Shown: positions 46,718-56,223 of the stretch, piece by piece
Numbering within the stretch: the first letter of the stretch is position 1
Layout: every line of letters begins with the position of its first letter
Assembly (NCBI GenBank): GCA_050261575.1
Contig: JBLNDL010000017.1
Location: 1-58,760, forward strand
Length of the DNA stretch: 58,760 bases
DNA from: Sphingomonadaceae bacterium
GTDB lineage: Bacteria > Chloroflexota > UBA6077
Direction: 5' to 3'
Notes under the pieces: generated by a model
Databases searched by the model: none
What the model saw: the letters and a program-made list of their open reading frames with translations, nothing else
Told to the model about the DNA's origin: nothing
Program-made: the position numbers and the translations under genes

Positions 46718-47242
46718 ATAGGCACCATCGAAACACTGCTGCCCCCTCCGCCCGAGCCCAAGGCCCCGTACATATTGCGGCCCCACCGCCCCGGCGACAT
46801 GGGATGGGTCGTCCACCGCCACGGCGTGCTCTACTTCCAGGAGTACGGCTACGACGAGCGATTCGAGGCCCTGGTCGCGAGCATCGTAGCGGAGTTCATC
46901 CAGAACTTCGACCCGACGGCGGAGAGGTGCTGGATCGCCGAGAGGGACGGCCAGGCCGTCGGCTCCATCTTTCTCGTCAGGAAGACGGACACGGTGGCCA
47001 AGCTGCGGCTGTTCCTGGTCGAACCTGAGGCGCGGGGGTTGGGAATAGGCACTCGACTGGTGGACGAGTGCGTCCGGTTTGCCAGGGCCACCGGCTACCG
47101 CCAGATCGTTCTGTGGACCCAGAGCGAGTTGATCGCTGCCCGCCGGATCTACGAGAGGGCCGGCTTCCGCAAGACCGCCGAGGAACCCCACCAGAGCTGG
47201 GGCCGCGACCTCGTCGCCGAGACCTGGCAGTTGGAGTTGTGA
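46718..47242 (+). CDS. GNAT N-acetyltransferase, resembling the C-terminal half of MarR-GNAT fusions; start codon uncertain, possibly truncated
   Basis: LRPHRPGDMGWVVHRHG, ERCWIAE, AKLRLFLVEPEARGLGIG, LWTQSEL, IYERAGF. Confidence 0.8.
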   Translation: MGTIETLLPPPPEPKAPYILRPHRPGDMGWVVHRHGVLYFQEYGYDERFEALVASIVAEFIQNFDPTAERCWIAERDGQAVGSIFLVRKTDTVAKLRLFLVEPEARGLGIGTRLVDECVRFARATGYRQIVLWTQSELIAARRIYERAGFRKTAEEPHQSWGRDLVAETWQLEL

Positions 47243-47260
47243 TCCCAGGCGGCCGCCTCA

Positions 47261-47289
47261 TTGTCCTGTCGTAGCCGTTCTGTTATGCT
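47261..47289 (+). promoter_or_regulatory. Sigma70-type promoter implying a leaderless Crp/Fnr mRNA
   Basis: TTGTCC-17 bp-TATGCT, ATG 6 nt downstream, no SD. Confidence 0.55.
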
Positions 47290-47295
47290 CCAAGC

Positions 47296-47961
47296 ATGAG
47301 CGTTCCCCTCGAGTTCTTGAGATCGATACCCTACTTCGCCGGGTTGCCCGACCCCGAGCTGGAGCGGATCCGGCCGCTGGTCCGCCAGCGGAGCTTCGAG
47401 CGCGGGGATATCGTGATCCTGGAGGGCGAGCCATGCGAGGCTATCTACTTCGTCGGGACAGGTGGGGTGAAGGTGTTCAAGACCTCACCCGAGGGGAAGG
47501 AGCAGGTCCTCCGGATCATGAAGCCTGGAGACACCTTCAACGAAGTCCCGGTCTTCGACTGTGGGACCAATCCCGCCAGCGTCGAGGCGCTGGACTCCAC
47601 CACTCTCTACCTCCTCCGCAGTGAGGATCTGCAGCGGCTGATGCGCGAGGTGCCGGGCATCTCCCGCAACGTGATCCGCATCCTCGCGTCCCGGCTTCGC
47701 CACATGGTGGAGCTGGTGGAAGACCTCTCGTTCCGCCACGTCACCGGGCGGGTGGCCAAGATCCTGCTCCAGCACGCCCACGACTCGGGATCGGGCGACG
47801 GCAGGGGCAGACTGACCCAGCAGCAGATGGCGACCATGGCGGGCACCGCTCGTGAGATGGTGGGTCGGGCCCTGAAGGGGTTGGAGCAAGCCGGGGCCAT
47901 CAAGGTGGAGAGAGGGCGGATCGTCGTTCTCAACCGCGATCTGCTGGAGAGACTCACCTAG
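47296..47961 (+). CDS. Crp/Fnr family transcriptional regulator
   Basis: cNMP-binding fold (EGEP..IYFV..G.VKVFK..EGKEQVL..GDTFNE) and HTH (LTQQQMATMAGTAREMVGRAL). Confidence 0.94.
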   Translation: MSVPLEFLRSIPYFAGLPDPELERIRPLVRQRSFERGDIVILEGEPCEAIYFVGTGGVKVFKTSPEGKEQVLRIMKPGDTFNEVPVFDCGTNPASVEALDSTTLYLLRSEDLQRLMREVPGISRNVIRILASRLRHMVELVEDLSFRHVTGRVAKILLQHAHDSGSGDGRGRLTQQQMATMAGTAREMVGRALKGLEQAGAIKVERGRIVVLNRDLLERLT

Positions 47962-48020
47962 GAGATCCTTCGCGATCGCCCAGGATAACCGACAGAACGC
48001 TCAGGGCGGCAGCTATCCGC

Positions 48021-49820
48021 TCACTGCTTCTGCGGGGGTTGCGTGGGCTGGGAGGCTACGGGCCGCCGCACGGCGATGTACACCGTGGTCCCCTTCTCCA
48101 CCATCGTGTCGGGCTTCGGTTCCTGGCTCAGCACGTGGCCGGGGGGCACGAAGTCGTAGTCCTGGTAGTTGACCCAGGTCTTCGTCAGGCCGGCCTTCTC
48201 GATCGCCTCCTGCGCCTCCGCCTCGGGCTTCCCCACCAGGTTCGGAACCCGCACCTTCTCTCTCCCCGAGCTGACCCGAAGCAACACCTCGGTGCCCTTC
48301 TCCGCCGACACGCCCGGCGCCGGGGTCTGGGACATCACCACCCCGGCGGGCGTCTGCTCGCTGGTCTCCTCCGACACACGCCACTTGAAGCCCGCGGCGC
48401 GCAGCTTCTCCTGGGCCACCGCAAGGGTGTTCTCCACCACCCTGGGGACGGTTCCCATCTCCTTACCCTGGCTCACCACCACCTCGATCTTGGCCCCCTT
48501 CTCCGCCGGGGTATCGGGCTCGGGCCGCTGGCGGATCACGTAGGTGGCGGGATACTGCGAGTCGTAGGCAACCTCGGCGATCACCACGTCCAGCCCGCTT
48601 GACTCGGCCATCTGTTGGGCGTTGGGAAGGGGCATGCCCACCAGATTCGGCACCTTGAGCGGGACGAGCGTGGCGGTGGACACCGGCGAGGCGGCCTGGG
48701 TAGGTGCTGTGGTCGGCGCGGTCGGGGACGCATCGGAGGCCCGGGGCGATGTCGGAGACAAGGCAGGAATCCATTCGGCCAGGCTGCCGTTCGAGAAGGC
48801 CAGGATCCCCAGGGGTATGGAGCCGAGGGTGCAGAGAAAGGCCGCGAAGACCACGACCAGCACCATCCAGCCGCCCGGGCCCTGCCGCCGGCCCTGCCGC
48901 GAAGCAACCGGCTCCGCCACAGCCGGTCGAGCCGGTCCGGTTCGCCCCACGGCCGGTCCCTTGGACGGTACGGCCACCTGATGGGGCTGAGTCGCCTCCA
49001 TGCTGGCTCGGACACAGGCCGCCAGAGCCTCGGCCATCTCAGCGCCGGATGCGAACCGTTCGGTCGATGTCTTCGCCATGGCCCGCAATATGACCGACTG
49101 CAGCGACTCGGGTATCCGGGGGTTCTGCTGGCGCGGGGGAACGGGATCCTCCTGAATCTGCTTGAGCGCCACCACCACCGAGGTCTCGCCCTCGAATGGA
49201 AGGCGTCCGGTGGCCATCTCGTACAGGGTCACGCCGGTGGAGTAGAGGTCGGAGAGGGCGGTGCTGGGTTCTCCCTTGGCCTGCTCCGGCGAGATGTACT
49301 GGGCGGAGCCCACGACGTAGCCCGATTGGGTGAGGGAGCTGGCGCCCAGCGCAACCGCGATCCCGAAGTCGGCGATCTTGGCTCGGCCGTCCCGCGTTAC
49401 CAGGATGTTGTGGGGCTTCACGTCCCGATGCACGATCCCCTGCTGGTGCGCGTACTCCAGCCCCTCGCAGATCTGCCTTCCCAGCTCGATGATCCGGGCA
49501 GTGCCCAGCGGCGCCTCCTTCTCGATGACCTCCTTCAGGGTCCGGCCGGGCACCAACTCCATGACGATGTACTGCGTGCCGGCATCGGAGCCCACGTCGT
49601 AGACCGCCACTATGTTGGGGTGAGAGAGGCTCGCCGCCGCCCTGGCCTCCCGCTGGAAGCGAGCCAGGAAGCCGGCGTCGGAGGCAAACTGCTCCCTCAG
49701 CACCTTGATGGCAACCTTTCGGCCGAGCAGCAGGTCCTTCGCCTCGTAGACCACAGCCATGCCACCCTCTCCCAAGAGGGCGGTCAACTGGTATCGAGAA
49801 TTGAGCACCCTACCTATCAT
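48021..49820 (-). CDS. pknB: Stk1/PknB family Ser/Thr kinase with three PASTA domains
   Basis: LGEGGMAVVY, VAIK, HRDVKPHN, DFG, YISPEQ; TM helix; three VP(N/R)(L/V)V PASTA repeats. Confidence 0.95.
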   Translation of the reverse strand: MIGRVLNSRYQLTALLGEGGMAVVYEAKDLLLGRKVAIKVLREQFASDAGFLARFQREARAAASLSHPNIVAVYDVGSDAGTQYIVMELVPGRTLKEVIEKEAPLGTARIIELGRQICEGLEYAHQQGIVHRDVKPHNILVTRDGRAKIADFGIAVALGASSLTQSGYVVGSAQYISPEQAKGEPSTALSDLYSTGVTLYEMATGRLPFEGETSVVVALKQIQEDPVPPRQQNPRIPESLQSVILRAMAKTSTERFASGAEMAEALAACVRASMEATQPHQVAVPSKGPAVGRTGPARPAVAEPVASRQGRRQGPGGWMVLVVVFAAFLCTLGSIPLGILAFSNGSLAEWIPALSPTSPRASDASPTAPTTAPTQAASPVSTATLVPLKVPNLVGMPLPNAQQMAESSGLDVVIAEVAYDSQYPATYVIRQRPEPDTPAEKGAKIEVVVSQGKEMGTVPRVVENTLAVAQEKLRAAGFKWRVSEETSEQTPAGVVMSQTPAPGVSAEKGTEVLLRVSSGREKVRVPNLVGKPEAEAQEAIEKAGLTKTWVNYQDYDFVPPGHVLSQEPKPDTMVEKGTTVYIAVRRPVASQPTQPPQKQ

Positions 49821-50085
49821 GCGGCGCTTTCAGGGGAGGATAAAGGTAAGAACTCTTGGCAACCGGCGACAAAAGCCCGAGGGGATTCTACACAATGATC
49901 CGCGCGGGGTCCATAGAACGGGACCCTCTGCTATGATAGTGGGTGGCATCACCGTGGATGCTGGGATCGCACGCGACGGCCACGATCTTGCAGCATCTGC
50001 CCGGACGAGGGCGAAGGCTAGGGAGGGCTTCGCTCAGTCCTCGAGCCCGCGTCCTCAGTCCTTGGCACAGTGGGAGGCCCCGGCT

Positions 50086-50661
50086 GTGGAGACGGGTCAG
50101 CCGGCGAGCAGAATCGAAGAAAAGCCCACACCGAGCCGAGAGCCGCCGGCCCTCATCGTGATGGTGGGTCCGCCGGGAACGGGGAAGTCGCACCTGGTTC
50201 GGCTGCTGGCACAGCAGGTACCCCTGAAGGTGGTGGAGACCGACGAGATCCGGAGGCGGCTCACGCCACACCCCGAGTACTCCATCCAGGAGAACCGCAG
50301 GGTCTTCGCCATCGCCCACCGCACGATCGACCGCTTCCTCCGGCAAGGCAAGGACGTGGTGTTCGACGCCACCAACATCTACGAGTGGGGCAGGCGTATC
50401 CTGCACCGGATCGCCGAGAGGAACGGTGCAAGGCTGCTGATCATCCGAACGGTGGCTCCCGACGAGGTGGTAAAGAAGAGGCTGAGCGGACGGATGGCGG
50501 GATTCGATCCCGCCGACCGGTCGGAGGCCGACTGGGAGATCTACCTCCGAATGAAGAGGGAGTTCGAGGAGATCGGGCGTCCGCACATGGTCGTGGATAC
50601 GTCACGAGACCTCGATCGGGCGGTCGCGGAAGTGGTGGCGTTCATCCGAGGCAAGAAGTGA
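50086..50661 (+). CDS. P-loop kinase (AAA_33-like)
   Basis: GPPGTGKS, ETDEIRR, VVFDATN, SEADW. GGGAGG SD before GTG. Confidence 0.85.
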   Translation: METGQPASRIEEKPTPSREPPALIVMVGPPGTGKSHLVRLLAQQVPLKVVETDEIRRRLTPHPEYSIQENRRVFAIAHRTIDRFLRQGKDVVFDATNIYEWGRRILHRIAERNGARLLIIRTVAPDEVVKKRLSGRMAGFDPADRSEADWEIYLRMKREFEEIGRPHMVVDTSRDLDRAVAEVVAFIRGKK

Positions 50662-51590
50662 AGGCGCTGCTGATCTACAACGAGCAGTCGGGGCAGCGAG
50701 ATCGAAAGGGAGAGATACTCACCGCCATCGAGCGCCTCTCCACGGCCGGCTGGTCCGTGGAGATGGTCTCCTCCCCCTCCGTGAGAGAACTGGAGAAGGC
50801 TGCCCGGACGGCGGTGGCAGCAGGAGCCGATGCAGTCATCGCCGCCGGAGGCGACGGGACGGTGAACGCAGCCATCCAGTCCCTGGCCCACCAGCGGGCC
50901 GTCTTGGGTGTGCTGCCGACCGGCACGACCAACGTGTGGGCCAGGGAGATGCGGATACCGCTGGACGTCCGGAGGGCGGCCGGGGTGCTGCTGGACGGCC
51001 TGGTGGCCAGGGTCGATCTGGGCATCGCCGACGGACGCTACTTCCTCTTCGTGGCCGGCGTGGGGTTCGACGCCTCGGTCACGAGAGACATCGATATCAG
51101 GACCAAGCGGCGTCTGGGAATGCTGGCGTACGTGATCGCGGCGATCGTGGAGGCGCTCAGGCTCAGGGGCGTCGACGCGACCATCGTGTCGGACAGGTGG
51201 ATATCGCGGGAGCGGCTGCTGATGCTGGTGGCCAGCAATACCCGACTGTACGGCGGGGTGCTCACCATTGCCCCCGAAGCCTTCGCCGACGACGGGCTGC
51301 TGGACGTGCGGGTGTTCCCGGGACGTGGGGTGGGAGCCGCAATCGTCCACGCCGTGAGCGTCCTGCTGGGCCGCCACTCGCTGGACCCGGGGGCGAGGCT
51401 CTACCGCTGCTCGACGCTCTCGATCTCCGCCAGACCTCCCCTTCCGGTGCAGATCGACGGAGACTACGTGGGCACCACGCCCGTGACCCTGCGCGTGGCA
51501 CACCGAGCCCTGCGAGTCCTGGTGCCAACTGGACCCCATCCCATGTTCCTGCAACCGCCCGAGAGGGTCCTGAGTGCCGGGCACGAGTGA
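50658..51590 (+). CDS. Diacylglycerol/lipid kinase family protein (YegS/DgkB-like)
   Basis: AGGDGT, PTGTTN, GVGFDA, YGG, DDGLLDV, QIDGD. GTGA overlap. Confidence 0.92.
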   Translation: MKALLIYNEQSGQRDRKGEILTAIERLSTAGWSVEMVSSPSVRELEKAARTAVAAGADAVIAAGGDGTVNAAIQSLAHQRAVLGVLPTGTTNVWAREMRIPLDVRRAAGVLLDGLVARVDLGIADGRYFLFVAGVGFDASVTRDIDIRTKRRLGMLAYVIAAIVEALRLRGVDATIVSDRWISRERLLMLVASNTRLYGGVLTIAPEAFADDGLLDVRVFPGRGVGAAIVHAVSVLLGRHSLDPGARLYRCSTLSISARPPLPVQIDGDYVGTTPVTLRVAHRALRVLVPTGPHPMFLQPPERVLSAGHE

Positions 51591-51670
51591 TCCTGGGTGC
51601 CGAGTAGTCCCCGGCTCTGGGTTCTGAGTGCCGAGTGCCGTGTGGGTCTGGAGACTGAGTCCTCAGTCTC
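51566..51670. repeat. Heptamer tract (TGAGTGC/GGTCCTG type) upstream of pyk
   Basis: Recurring GTCCTGA/GTGCCGA/GTTCTGA units, ending in the GAGACTGAG-TC-CTCAGTCTC hairpin. Confidence 0.6.
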
Positions 51671-51686
51671 GATAGCTGGAGGAACG

Positions 51687-53111
51687 ATGCGCCGCACCAA
51701 GATCGTATGTACCCTGGGGCCGGCTTCGGCCCCCGAGGCCACCTTGCGCGCCATGATCCGAGCGGGGATGGATGTTGCCCGCCTCAACTTCTCCCACGGA
51801 ACCCACGAAAGCCACGCGGCGCTCATCGCCTTGGTGCGAAAGGTGGCAGCCGAGGAGGGTCGGGTGGTGGCCATCCTCCAGGATCTCCAGGGGCCGCGAA
51901 TCCGGATCGGGGAGATGGCCGGCGGCAAGGCGACTCTCACAGCCGGCAGCCACTTCGTGCTGACCACCGACGAGGTGGCCGGCAGCGACGAGCGGGCCAC
52001 GGTTCGGGGAGCGCCGCTGCCGAGAGACGTGCAACCTGGCGACCGGATCCTGCTGGACGACGGTGCGCTGGAGCTGCTGGTGGTGGGCACCAGCCGCACC
52101 GAGGTCGACTGCACCGTCGTCTTCGGCGGCGTGCTGAAGTCGCACAAGGGGATCAACGTTCCGGGGCGCACCCTCAGCGTTCCCTCCATCACCGAGAAGG
52201 ATCGGGCCGACCTGGCTTTCGGGATCCAGCAGGGGGTGGACTTCGTCGCCATGTCCTTCGTGCGGTCGGCGGAGGACGTGCGTCAGTTGCGGAGGCTGAT
52301 GGCAGAGCAGGGGGCCCAGATACCCATCGTGGCGAAGATCGAGAAGCACGAGGCGGTAGGCTGCTTCGACGAGATCCTGGAGGCCACCGACGGCATCATG
52401 GTGGCCCGCGGGGACCTCGGCATAGAGGTGGCAGCCGAACAGGTGCCCCTGCTGCAAAAGATGATCATCGCTAAGTGCAACGAGAAGGGTAAGCCGGTGG
52501 TGACGGCAACCCAGATGCTAGACTCCATGATCCGCAACCCAAGGCCGACCCGGGCGGAGGTGAACGACGTCGCCAACGCCATCCTGGACGGAAGCGACGC
52601 CACCATGCTGTCGGGGGAGACGGCGGCAGGGGCCTACCCCGTGCGAGCGGTCGAGACGATGGCCCGCATCGCGGAGACGACCGACGAGGCGCTGCCCTAC
52701 GACGACCTGATGCGTCGCACGGCGATGGCCAAGATGCATAGCATCACCGACGGGATCGGCCAGGCGACCTGCGAGATGAGCTACGAACTGGGAGCCAGGG
52801 CGATCATCACCTCCACCGAATCTGGCTACACCGCTCGGATGATCGCCCGCCACCGCCCTCGTGCCCGCATCATCGCCCCGACTCCTTCCGAGTCTACCTT
52901 GCGGCAGTTGGCGCTGGTTTGGGGAGTCCACCCCTATCTCACCCCTCGGTACCGCGATACCGAGGAGATGATCAGGCGGGTCGTGGAGGTCGCTCAGGAG
53001 AACGGCCACGTGCAGGAGGGCGACCTGGTGATCATCACGGCCGGGCTGCCCCTGCCGGTCCACGGGCGCACCAACCTGCTGAAGGCCCACGTGGTGGGGG
53101 AGCCCGTGTGA
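51687..53111 (+). CDS. pyk: Pyruvate kinase
   Basis: RRTKIVCTLGP, RLNFSHG, AKIEK, MVARGDLG, TATQMLDSM, PTRAE, MLSGETA. Confidence 0.98.
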   Translation: MRRTKIVCTLGPASAPEATLRAMIRAGMDVARLNFSHGTHESHAALIALVRKVAAEEGRVVAILQDLQGPRIRIGEMAGGKATLTAGSHFVLTTDEVAGSDERATVRGAPLPRDVQPGDRILLDDGALELLVVGTSRTEVDCTVVFGGVLKSHKGINVPGRTLSVPSITEKDRADLAFGIQQGVDFVAMSFVRSAEDVRQLRRLMAEQGAQIPIVAKIEKHEAVGCFDEILEATDGIMVARGDLGIEVAAEQVPLLQKMIIAKCNEKGKPVVTATQMLDSMIRNPRPTRAEVNDVANAILDGSDATMLSGETAAGAYPVRAVETMARIAETTDEALPYDDLMRRTAMAKMHSITDGIGQATCEMSYELGARAIITSTESGYTARMIARHRPRARIIAPTPSESTLRQLALVWGVHPYLTPRYRDTEEMIRRVVEVAQENGHVQEGDLVIITAGLPLPVHGRTNLLKAHVVGEPV

Positions 53112-53172
53112 GGTCCTGGGTCCTGGGAGAATGACGACCCATCCCCATTACCCAGCACCCAGGCCTCAGCCT

Positions 53173-54378
53173 TCATAGGTAGGCATCCAGCGCCGAGAGG
53201 AAGTTGCGATAGACCATCTGCAGCTCCCAGATGATCCCGCCCGGCCCCAACTCCCACCACTCGTCCGGCGTGAAGTACGCCGAGACCTCCGCCTCGGACC
53301 CTCCTCTGCCGAACCATTGGATCAGGTGCAGGTTGTCCGACTGGAGCAGCCAGAGCGCCAGATCCAGGATCTTCGGGTTGCCGGTGAGCACCGCCTTGTT
53401 GTAGACGTGCAGCATCAGTTGGAATATCGCCTGCTGCGCCGCGTTGCCCAGGAAGAACTCCATCCCGCCGGAGCCCGCCCACGTGCTGGGGAAGGCGGTC
53501 AGCGGGAGATCGTAGCTGCGCTCCCGGTACTTGTCGATCGCCTCGCTGGGAGTGAGGAAGCCCATGTCCCGCCTGCGAACCTCGCCCGGCAGCCACCGCA
53601 GAAACTCGAATATGCCCGTGTCTTTGGAGTGATGCTCGCCGAAAGTCTCGTAGTCCCAGGCCAGGAAGACGAAGTCCCCCCTGGCCTCCCTCAGCCAGTG
53701 CCCGTAGGTGTCGGCCGAGAGGGGCCACCCCGACCAGGTACGGTTGGAGAAGCGGTAGCCCACGTCGTCGCTCAACTCGTAGTGGCGGGTCAGCAGCTTC
53801 ACGTTGCGCCCGTGGTGGTAGAGGTGGGTGGCATCGCGCCACTCCATCACCCACGGCCTGCCGTCCAGGACCGCCCCCTCGAACCCCGCCCTGTCCAGAG
53901 CGTGGTATATGGAGTCCGACATGCACATCTCGGTAGTGTCGGTCACCACCGGACGCTTGCCGAACAGCCGCTCCAGATAGGCTACGCCCCAGTGCATCCG
54001 CTCGATGAACCGCTCCAGGTCGATCAACAGGATGAAGCTGTGGTACGGCTCCACCCCCACAAGCTCGACGTTCTCGTGCCGCACCAGCCTCTGGAAGAGC
54101 GCCAGCAGCTCTTGATCCCATCGCTCCGCCTGCCGCAGGAAGGAGACCGAGAAGCCGATGGAGAACTTGAAGCCCTCCTCCACCAACTCGAGGAAGGTGC
54201 GCGTGGCAGGGTAGTAGCACCACCTGGCCACCTTCCTGAAGTACCGCTCGTTCATCCGCTCGTCGAAGAGGCATCGCTCGATGTCCTCGGGCACAGCGCC
54301 CCGCGGGATGGGCTGGGCGGGCAGCTTGAGCCGCCTGGGTTGGTGAACGACGGCGTAGACGACCAGGTCATTGGCCAT
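53173..54378 (-). CDS. Glycoside hydrolase family 57 protein
   Basis: HQPRRL, CYYPA, YHS, DTTE, SDDVGYRFS, DYETFGEH. Confidence 0.92.
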   Translation of the reverse strand: MANDLVVYAVVHQPRRLKLPAQPIPRGAVPEDIERCLFDERMNERYFRKVARWCYYPATRTFLELVEEGFKFSIGFSVSFLRQAERWDQELLALFQRLVRHENVELVGVEPYHSFILLIDLERFIERMHWGVAYLERLFGKRPVVTDTTEMCMSDSIYHALDRAGFEGAVLDGRPWVMEWRDATHLYHHGRNVKLLTRHYELSDDVGYRFSNRTWSGWPLSADTYGHWLREARGDFVFLAWDYETFGEHHSKDTGIFEFLRWLPGEVRRRDMGFLTPSEAIDKYRERSYDLPLTAFPSTWAGSGGMEFFLGNAAQQAIFQLMLHVYNKAVLTGNPKILDLALWLLQSDNLHLIQWFGRGGSEAEVSAYFTPDEWWELGPGGIIWELQMVYRNFLSALDAYL

Positions 54379-55705
54379 TTCTGCCTCCGGCCATCACGGG
54401 AAGCCTCTCCACGGCCGCCAGGACCCCCTGGTTCCGGGCGATGTACTCGAGCTTGCTGATCAGGTTCTCCAGCACCCTGCTCCAGACGAAGGTGGCTGCG
54501 GTCCGCCTTGCCCCCTGCCGAATCGCCTCCTTCTCCTGCGGATGGTTCTCCAGATGGGCCACGTATCCCACGATCTCGCCCGGATCGGACGTATCCAGCA
54601 CCATGGCGTTCTCGAAGGGGATGGCGTAGTCCTCGCCGGTGGCGCCCGTGAAGGCCACACCCCCGGCCCCCATCACCTCCAGCCCCACCAGCCCAAAGGG
54701 CTCGTGCCCGCTGTTGGCGAGCACGGCGTCGGCAGCCCGGTACATGATCCGCACGAACTCGTCCGGCAGGAAGAAACGGAGGTCCAGGATGTCCGCCTTC
54801 GGCGCCCCCTCCAGCGCCCGAATGCAGTCCGCCACGCTCCGCCCCTCCGCGGTCACCTCCGCGACGGACAGCCCCAACGCCCTGGCGTTGCCGAGCACCT
54901 CTTGGCCATGGGGCTCGATGCCACCACGGATGACGAAGAGCGGAGCCATCCCCATCCCCTTCATCCGCGCCACGGACTCCACTGCCATATTCCAGCGCTT
55001 GTCGGGGTCGAAGCGACCGATCTTGAACAGGAGCGGGTTCCCGCCCAGCACCTGCCGCACACGGGCAACCGCCTGCTCGTCTACGGGATCCAGCGCCCGC
55101 GACGGGATCCCGTTCGGGATCACCAAGGGATTCGTACCCACTCCCCACATGATGTGCTTCATGTACCGGCTCACGGTGGTGATCGTATTCGTGTAGGCTA
55201 GCCGCCCCCAGTTGATCCGATTGAACGACATCGTGTTGTTGGCGTTCCAGAACTGCACAGCGTTCTTCCGCAGGCCGTTGTGGTACAGCACGTCGCTCAC
55301 CCGACACATGGCCTCGGCCGTGTGCCACTCCTCTCCCAGGATGGCCGCGATCTTCCCCTGCTCCGCCGCCGGCCTCACGATCCGATCCATGATGTACCAG
55401 GGAACCGACTCGTTGAAGTCGTACAGCTTCTCGTTCTCCCCCTGGTACACGCCTTCCGGATAGTACTTGCTCACCCACTGGCTCCACCTGTGCAGATGGA
55501 GCCTCCCATCGCCACGGGTCTCCTCTGCCGGCAGGTTGGGGTCGCCCACGAAGATCACGTGCGTCTCGAACCCCTCCCCCGCCAGCCCCTCCGCCAGCTC
55601 GGTGACCCGAACCCCCAAGCCCCCGGCCCTGGAGTACCGATCAGGCCCCTCGAACGCTACTATCGCGAAAACGGTATTCGCCCCAGAGATCACATTCGGC
55701 TTCAC
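54368..55705 (-). CDS. Glycosyltransferase, GT-B fold (GT4/glycogen-synthase-like)
   Basis: AGGLG, IPNGIP, GRFDPDKR, NSGHEPFGLVGLEVM. Overlaps the GH57 start. Confidence 0.9.
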   Translation of the reverse strand: MKPNVISGANTVFAIVAFEGPDRYSRAGGLGVRVTELAEGLAGEGFETHVIFVGDPNLPAEETRGDGRLHLHRWSQWVSKYYPEGVYQGENEKLYDFNESVPWYIMDRIVRPAAEQGKIAAILGEEWHTAEAMCRVSDVLYHNGLRKNAVQFWNANNTMSFNRINWGRLAYTNTITTVSRYMKHIMWGVGTNPLVIPNGIPSRALDPVDEQAVARVRQVLGGNPLLFKIGRFDPDKRWNMAVESVARMKGMGMAPLFVIRGGIEPHGQEVLGNARALGLSVAEVTAEGRSVADCIRALEGAPKADILDLRFFLPDEFVRIMYRAADAVLANSGHEPFGLVGLEVMGAGGVAFTGATGEDYAIPFENAMVLDTSDPGEIVGYVAHLENHPQEKEAIRQGARRTAATFVWSRVLENLISKLEYIARNQGVLAAVERLPVMAGGRNGQ

Positions 55706-56028
55706 CCGCACCTCCTCGTCGCACTCACGACCAAGCACCCTCCGCCCTAGGTCCGCGCGGACCGCCAGACCGCCGGCTCCCTGGAAGAGGCGCCTAGCGC
55801 CACAGGACACACAGAACGCTAGCTTACTGCTCCAAGCTGGTATCCCCTAGCAGGCAACCCTCGAACCCCGAAGCCTCTTCTGCGGGGAGTGCTTACTCGG
55901 TCCAGACTGGTCAACACGGCATACTGGGGGCTCATCCACTTCGTACACCAGCAAGCTTCGGGCCAGCATCCCGCCCCGCACGCACCGCACCGCGCACCCC
56001 CTTAGCGCGTCGCGACCGCCCAACCCTG

Positions 56029-56057
56029 TTGACGCCAACCCGCCGACCCCCTACACT
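56029..56057 (+). promoter_or_regulatory. Sigma70-type promoter of the MerR-like HTH gene
   Basis: TTGACG-17 bp-TACACT. Confidence 0.65.
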
Positions 56058-56223
56058 ATCGCGAAGCACCGCCAACGAAGCGCCGACGGCCCCGACGCCA
56101 CCGCTCGCCACTCTCGCGAACCCGCCAACCGCGCGTCGGCGCCACCGGCCGCCATCCTTCGCGCTAGCACTGGCGCTATAGCGCCTTCGCGCTTCGTCGG
56201 CGCCACTCGCAAGGGGGTGAGTC

